This document shows positions 60,250-64,000 of a DNA stretch of 64,000 nucleotides, piece after piece; the first letter of the stretch is position 1, and each line of letters begins with the position of its first letter. The position numbers were made by a program, and so were the translations under genes. Below the pieces are notes generated by a model. The model saw only the letters and a list, made by a program, of their open reading frames with translations. It made no database searches and was not told the DNA's origin. The DNA is taken from assembly GCA_037439785.1 (NCBI GenBank), contig JBBIVJ010000001.1, positions 97,207 to 161,206 on the forward strand. The letters are read 5' to 3'. This DNA comes from Verrucomicrobiales bacterium. GTDB lineage: Bacteria > Verrucomicrobiota > Verrucomicrobiia > Limisphaerales > J093.

Positions 60250-60569
60250 GCCCCAGTTAAGCCCGGTCCCACGACCGCAGCAAGGCAGGGCGGACAGCCG
60301 TCTCGCCGCGGTGCGGCGGCGGCTACGGCGGAGTGCGACTGGCAGTCGGCGATACAGCAGGCTGGAAGCCTGCGCTACGCCGGGGCTGCGGTCAGGGCGG
60401 CAATGCTCCATGCCGCGCTCGCGCGTAAAGGCCGTCAACCGGCTGCGCCTGCGTGTGGAGTGCGCCAGTCCTCTGGCCTTCGACCTCCGGCTTGGGGTGC
60501 AGGCCTCTGGCCTGCAGCCCGGCAGCCGGGACGGCTGCACCACAAGAGGGTGGTGCCGGTACCGCTGGC

Positions 60570-60775
60570 GTCACCGCGGCGGCCGCGGCCATTGGGCATC
60601 CGGCCCGGGCGGCAACCCGGCACGGCTCGGGCGGTGAAAAGTTAAAGGGGGTGAACAGTGAATGGGGTCAACAGGCGTCCCGACACAACCTCCCCTCGCC
60701 CTTCTGTTCCTGTCTTCCTGAGTTTCCGATTGTCCGCCCCTCGACCTTCGACCTTCGGCCTTCGGCCTTCGAGCC
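60570..60775 (+). repeat. about 200-bp intergenic element, copy 2 (paralog of 54750-54953)
   Basis: Same block order as copy 1. It ends in cctcgac-cttcgac-cttcggc-cttcggc-cttcgag at 60739-60775, 77 nt upstream of the FIST gene. More repeat modules lie upstream at 60357-60373 and 60497-60517. Confidence 0.8.
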
Positions 60776-60851
60776 GAGCCCACCAGCGGGCGGGTGGAGC
60801 GGGGCCGGTGGTTCGGTTTGCTTTTGGGCGTTCAATCCCTAGTTTGGCAGC

Positions 60852-62060
60852 GTGAGTGACATCGCCACCCCACACGCCGTGTGTGGTTACTGGGAAGCAC
60901 CCTGCGACGAGGCGCGCTTCCGCGCCTGGGTCGAGGGCCTGCGCGCCGCGTGGCGACCGGGGCGTCCCAGCCTGGCGCTGTTGTTTCTGAGCCCGGCGTT
61001 GGTCGCCCACGCGAGCGAGATTCAGGAGATCATCCAGGTCCACGCCCAGGTGGGGACGGTGGTGGGCTGTTCAAGCCCCAGCGTCATCAGCGGCGGGCGG
61101 GAATGGGAGCGCCAACGCGGCCTGGTCCTCGGCCTCTACCATCTGCCCGGCGCCCGGCTGCAAGCGGTCCACCTCACTCAGGCGGAGGTCGAGGAGGCCA
61201 ACGGCCCCGCCTACTGGCATCATCAAACCGGCGTCGCCCCCGGCGACTGCCGCGGGTGGCTGGCCTTCGCCGACCCGTTTCACCTGGATTGCGAGCAGTG
61301 GGTCGAGCAGTGGAACGAGGCCTATCCGGGCGTGGCCCTGGCCGGGGGCCTGGCCAGCGGCCCGCCGCGCGAGTCGCGCACGCAGGTTTTCCTCAACGGC
61401 GCGGTGCACGAGGAAGGGGCGGTGGCCGTGGCGTTCGGGGGCGGTGTCGAGCTGGCCACACTCGTCTCGCAGGGCTGCACCCCCATCGGCGAGCCGTGGA
61501 CCATCACCAAGGCCGACGGCAATCTCATCCTGCAAATTGGCAACCAGCCCGCCTACCAGGTGTTGGTCGAGACCTTCAGCCGCCTGCCGGAAGAGGAACA
61601 GCGCCGCGCCCAGGGCAACATCCTGGTCGGCTTCGTGGTCAACGAATACCAGGAGGAATACCACCGAGGTGATTTCCTCATCCGCAATCTGCTGGGCGGC
61701 GACCCCGATTCCGGCGTGCTGGCGGTGGGGGCCCGGCCGCGGCCCGGTCAGGCCCTCCAGTTCCAGTGCCGCGATGCCGCCGCCGCCACCGAGGACATGG
61801 CCGCGCTGCTGCGCCGTGCCCGCAAACAGGTGGCCGGGCGCGAGATTTACGGGGCCTGCCTGTGCGTGTGCAACGGCCGGGGCCGCCGGCTTTTTGGCAC
61901 CCCGGACCATGATGCCCGCCTGGTGCAGCAGTACCTGGGGCCGCTGGCGATGACCGGCTTTTTCTGTAACGGCGAGATCGGCCCGGTGGGCAACCGCAAC
62001 TTCCTGCACGGCTACACGGCCTCCCTGGCCCTGTTCCTGCCGGCGAGCGAGGAGGCGTGA
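60852..62060 (+). CDS. FIST-domain signal transduction protein
   Basis: FIST_N-like N-terminus, with FIST_C hallmarks ACLCVCNGRGRRLFG and TGFFCNGEIGPVGNRNFLHGYTASLALF. Confidence 0.85.
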   Translation: MSDIATPHAVCGYWEAPCDEARFRAWVEGLRAAWRPGRPSLALLFLSPALVAHASEIQEIIQVHAQVGTVVGCSSPSVISGGREWERQRGLVLGLYHLPGARLQAVHLTQAEVEEANGPAYWHHQTGVAPGDCRGWLAFADPFHLDCEQWVEQWNEAYPGVALAGGLASGPPRESRTQVFLNGAVHEEGAVAVAFGGGVELATLVSQGCTPIGEPWTITKADGNLILQIGNQPAYQVLVETFSRLPEEEQRRAQGNILVGFVVNEYQEEYHRGDFLIRNLLGGDPDSGVLAVGARPRPGQALQFQCRDAAAATEDMAALLRRARKQVAGREIYGACLCVCNGRGRRLFGTPDHDARLVQQYLGPLAMTGFFCNGEIGPVGNRNFLHGYTASLALFLPASEEA

Positions 62061-62734
62061 CCCGCATTTCCGGCCACGCTCCCGCGGCGGAGGCGCCGGC
62101 GGCGGCCCCCCCACTCCGCCCGGCCGGCAGCTCGCCGGTGCTCCCGCTGGGGCCGGTGCTGGGCCGGCTGACCTCGGTGCTCGAACCGCCGGACCTGGCC
62201 GGGTGGTTCGGCCGGCCGGCACCGCTGGAGGTGGACCTGGGCTGCGGCGACGGCGGCTTTTTGCTCCGCTACGCTCCGCGGCATCCGGAGCGGAACTTCC
62301 TGGGCGTCGAGCGGCTGATGGGGCGCATCCGCAAACTGGACCGCAAGGCGCCGCGGCTGGGCCTGACGAACCTGCGCGCGCTGCGGGTGGACATCCCCTA
62401 CCTGGTGCGGCACCTCCTGCCGCCGGCGTCGGTGGCCGCCGCGCACATTTACTATCCCGACCCCTGGCCCAAGAAGAAACACCGCGCCCGCCGGCTCATC
62501 CAGCCCGGTTTTGTGTCGGACCTGGCGCGGGTGCTCGAGCCGGGGGGTGCCGTGTGGCTGCGGACGGACGATGCAGACTACTTCGCGCAGATGCTCGAGG
62601 TGTTCGGGGCGGCGGCCAGGTTCGCGCCGCTGTCTCCGCCGCCGGAGCTGCTGGCGGTGCCGACCGATTTCGAGGAGGAGTTTCGCGCCCAGGGCCGGGC
62701 CACCCTCCACGCCGGCTACCGCAAGGCGGCCTGA
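62057..62734 (+). CDS. trmB: tRNA (guanine-N7)-methyltransferase
   Basis: Contains EVDLGCGDGGFL, FLGVER and HIYYPDPWPKKKHRARRL. The GTG start overlaps the FIST stop (GTGA). Confidence 0.9.
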   Translation: MTRISGHAPAAEAPAAAPPLRPAGSSPVLPLGPVLGRLTSVLEPPDLAGWFGRPAPLEVDLGCGDGGFLLRYAPRHPERNFLGVERLMGRIRKLDRKAPRLGLTNLRALRVDIPYLVRHLLPPASVAAAHIYYPDPWPKKKHRARRLIQPGFVSDLARVLEPGGAVWLRTDDADYFAQMLEVFGAAARFAPLSPPPELLAVPTDFEEEFRAQGRATLHAGYRKAA

Positions 62735-62745
62735 GGGGGCGGGCT

Positions 62746-63420
62746 TCAGCGTGTGCGGATGTACGGCTCTTCTTCCCAGTTGGTGGCGGGCCAGAGGAAG
62801 CTGTTGACCGCGCCATCATGGCGGAGACAGAGGTCCTTGATGTTGGTCTTCTTGCTGAAGCTTTTTTGCGGGTCGTAGCGCCCTTCGGTCCAGCCGCTGA
62901 ACAGATGCCGATGCCAGGGGCAGGCCGCCACGATGAAGCGGTTGCTCCAGCGGGCGAGCTGGTCTTCGAGCCACCTTTTGCCCTCGGGCGTGGTTTGCTG
63001 CCAGGGCCCCAGGTGGTAGGCGTAACTGGTGGTGAACTCGCCGAAGTATTCCCAGCCCAGATCAATCGGGATGCGCCCGCGGGTGCGGTCCGCCAGGCAG
63101 ATGAAGCTGTTGGTGTTCTCGACGTAGCCCTGCTCCAGGTAAGGCCGGTTGCCGCCGGGGTAGCCGAAGGTCTTGTGGGTGGGGTTGACCAGGTACAACG
63201 GCGGGCGGTCCAGGTGGTCCTGCCGGTACATCATGATGCCCAGGCCTATCTGGCGCAGATTGTTCGTGCAATGCATCCGCCGGGCGTTTTCCTTGGCCCG
63301 GCCCAGCAGGGGCAGAAGCATCCCCGCCAGGATCGCGATGATGGCAATCACCACCAGCAGCTCGATGAGAGAAAAGGCCGCTGGTGGGCGGTCGAGCCTC
63401 TGATGCCAGCCCGGTTTCAT
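62746..63420 (-). CDS. prepilin-type N-terminal cleavage/methylation protein, DUF1559-like
   Basis: Contains [30 protein letters not shown]...[12 protein letters not shown]. Confidence 0.85.
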   Translation of the reverse strand: MKPGWHQRLDRPPAAFSLIELLVVIAIIAILAGMLLPLLGRAKENARRMHCTNNLRQIGLGIMMYRQDHLDRPPLYLVNPTHKTFGYPGGNRPYLEQGYVENTNSFICLADRTRGRIPIDLGWEYFGEFTTSYAYHLGPWQQTTPEGKRWLEDQLARWSNRFIVAACPWHRHLFSGWTEGRYDPQKSFSKKTNIKDLCLRHDGAVNSFLWPATNWEEEPYIRTR

Positions 63421-63482
63421 GGGAAAGCGCTTCGGGCGCGGGCAGCCGGCGGCGCGCCGCCCGCTCCCGAAAGTTGTGCCGG

Positions 63483-64000
63483 TTATTTGGCCAGCCGGAA
63501 GAACCGCGTCTCGGTACCGATGGGCAGCGTGGCCACCTGCCGGTCACCTTGGACCTCGATCGCGGCTTCCACCACGCTCCAGGCCGCCGGCACCAGGGTG
63601 GGGGTGGACTGGATGACAAAGCCGGTCGCCGCCGCGGGCCAGCTCAGGCGGATTTGGTCTCCCACCCGCTCGATGGCCAGGGTCACGTCGGTCACCGGTT
63701 TGCAGTCCGCCAGCGGGTTGACGCCGGCCAGTGGGCCGCAGGGGCGGATGACGCCGTAACGGATGCGGGTGACGGCGATCTTGGCGCGCACCTCGCCCGC
63801 GTTGCGGGTAGTGAAACGCGTTGCCGCCTGGGGACCCTGGTTCACGCCGGTGAACTTGACGTTCTGGATTTCCCAGTACGCCGTCTTCCATTCGCCCGAG
63901 CCTTCGAGGGTGACGAAGTAGCTGTCGGGCGTGAACCCGAAGGTCTCCACGCCGTCGACCTCGGTCTTGTACACCTCGGGCTTGATGGCCGTGCCGGCCA
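63483..64000 (-). CDS. secreted hypothetical protein, C-terminal part (5' end off the window)
   Basis: The frame stays open to the window edge (...[15 protein letters not shown]...). Ends in [28 protein letters not shown]...[10 protein letters not shown], the same C-terminal module type seen in other secreted proteins here. Confidence 0.6.
   Translation of the reverse strand, partial: AGTAIKPEVYKTEVDGVETFGFTPDSYFVTLEGSGEWKTAYWEIQNVKFTGVNQGPQAATRFTTRNAGEVRAKIAVTRIRYGVIRPCGPLAGVNPLADCKPVTDVTLAIERVGDQIRLSWPAAATGFVIQSTPTLVPAAWSVVEAAIEVQGDRQVATLPIGTETRFFRLAK

Overview
The window is a high-GC chromosomal segment. Spot counts on single 60-nt lines give about 73% GC in larC. It looks like a PVC-superphylum genome (Verrucomicrobiota-like), an inference from three DUF1559/HX9DG prepilin-type proteins, two PEP-CTERM proteins and many large secreted proteins. 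Recognisable housekeeping genes are hemB, ruvB, larB-larC, maf, tRNA-Val(GAC), asd, gdhA, trmB, a nagB-like deaminase, an SDR, a lipid kinase, a GH51 arabinofuranosidase and a CHASE/PAS/GAF hybrid histidine kinase. Five things stand out. (1) A tightly coupled minus-strand operon at 15348-27399 encodes three giant signal-peptide proteins (1770, 1079 and 1166 aa) with no recognisable enzymatic or secretion-system domains. This is my best candidate for an undescribed surface or extracellular system. (2) A well-formed cobalamin riboswitch at about 11844-12007 drives a non-canonical operon instead of btuB, cob, metE or nrd genes. The operon is a PEP-CTERM protein, a 530-aa secreted protein and a DUF1559 pseudopilin-like protein. 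(3) A family of modular intergenic repeats lies upstream of, and co-oriented with, several genes. It comprises a roughly 200-bp paralogous element, heptanucleotide CTTCGRC arrays and small hairpin modules. (4) A lower-GC segment of about 4.4 kb (about 47.2-51.6 kb) is bounded by decayed genes. It carries an internally deleted IS remnant with perfect 17-bp inverted repeats and a PflX-type radical SAM gene with an odd Tat/lipobox-like leader. (5) The window holds an unusual number of frame-disrupted genes: an RCC1/Ig protein, a CDF transporter, a PEP-CTERM protein, an esterase/SMP-30 remnant and an MFS fragment. No CRISPR array or rRNA was seen. All functional calls come from motif recognition by eye. 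No database search was possible.
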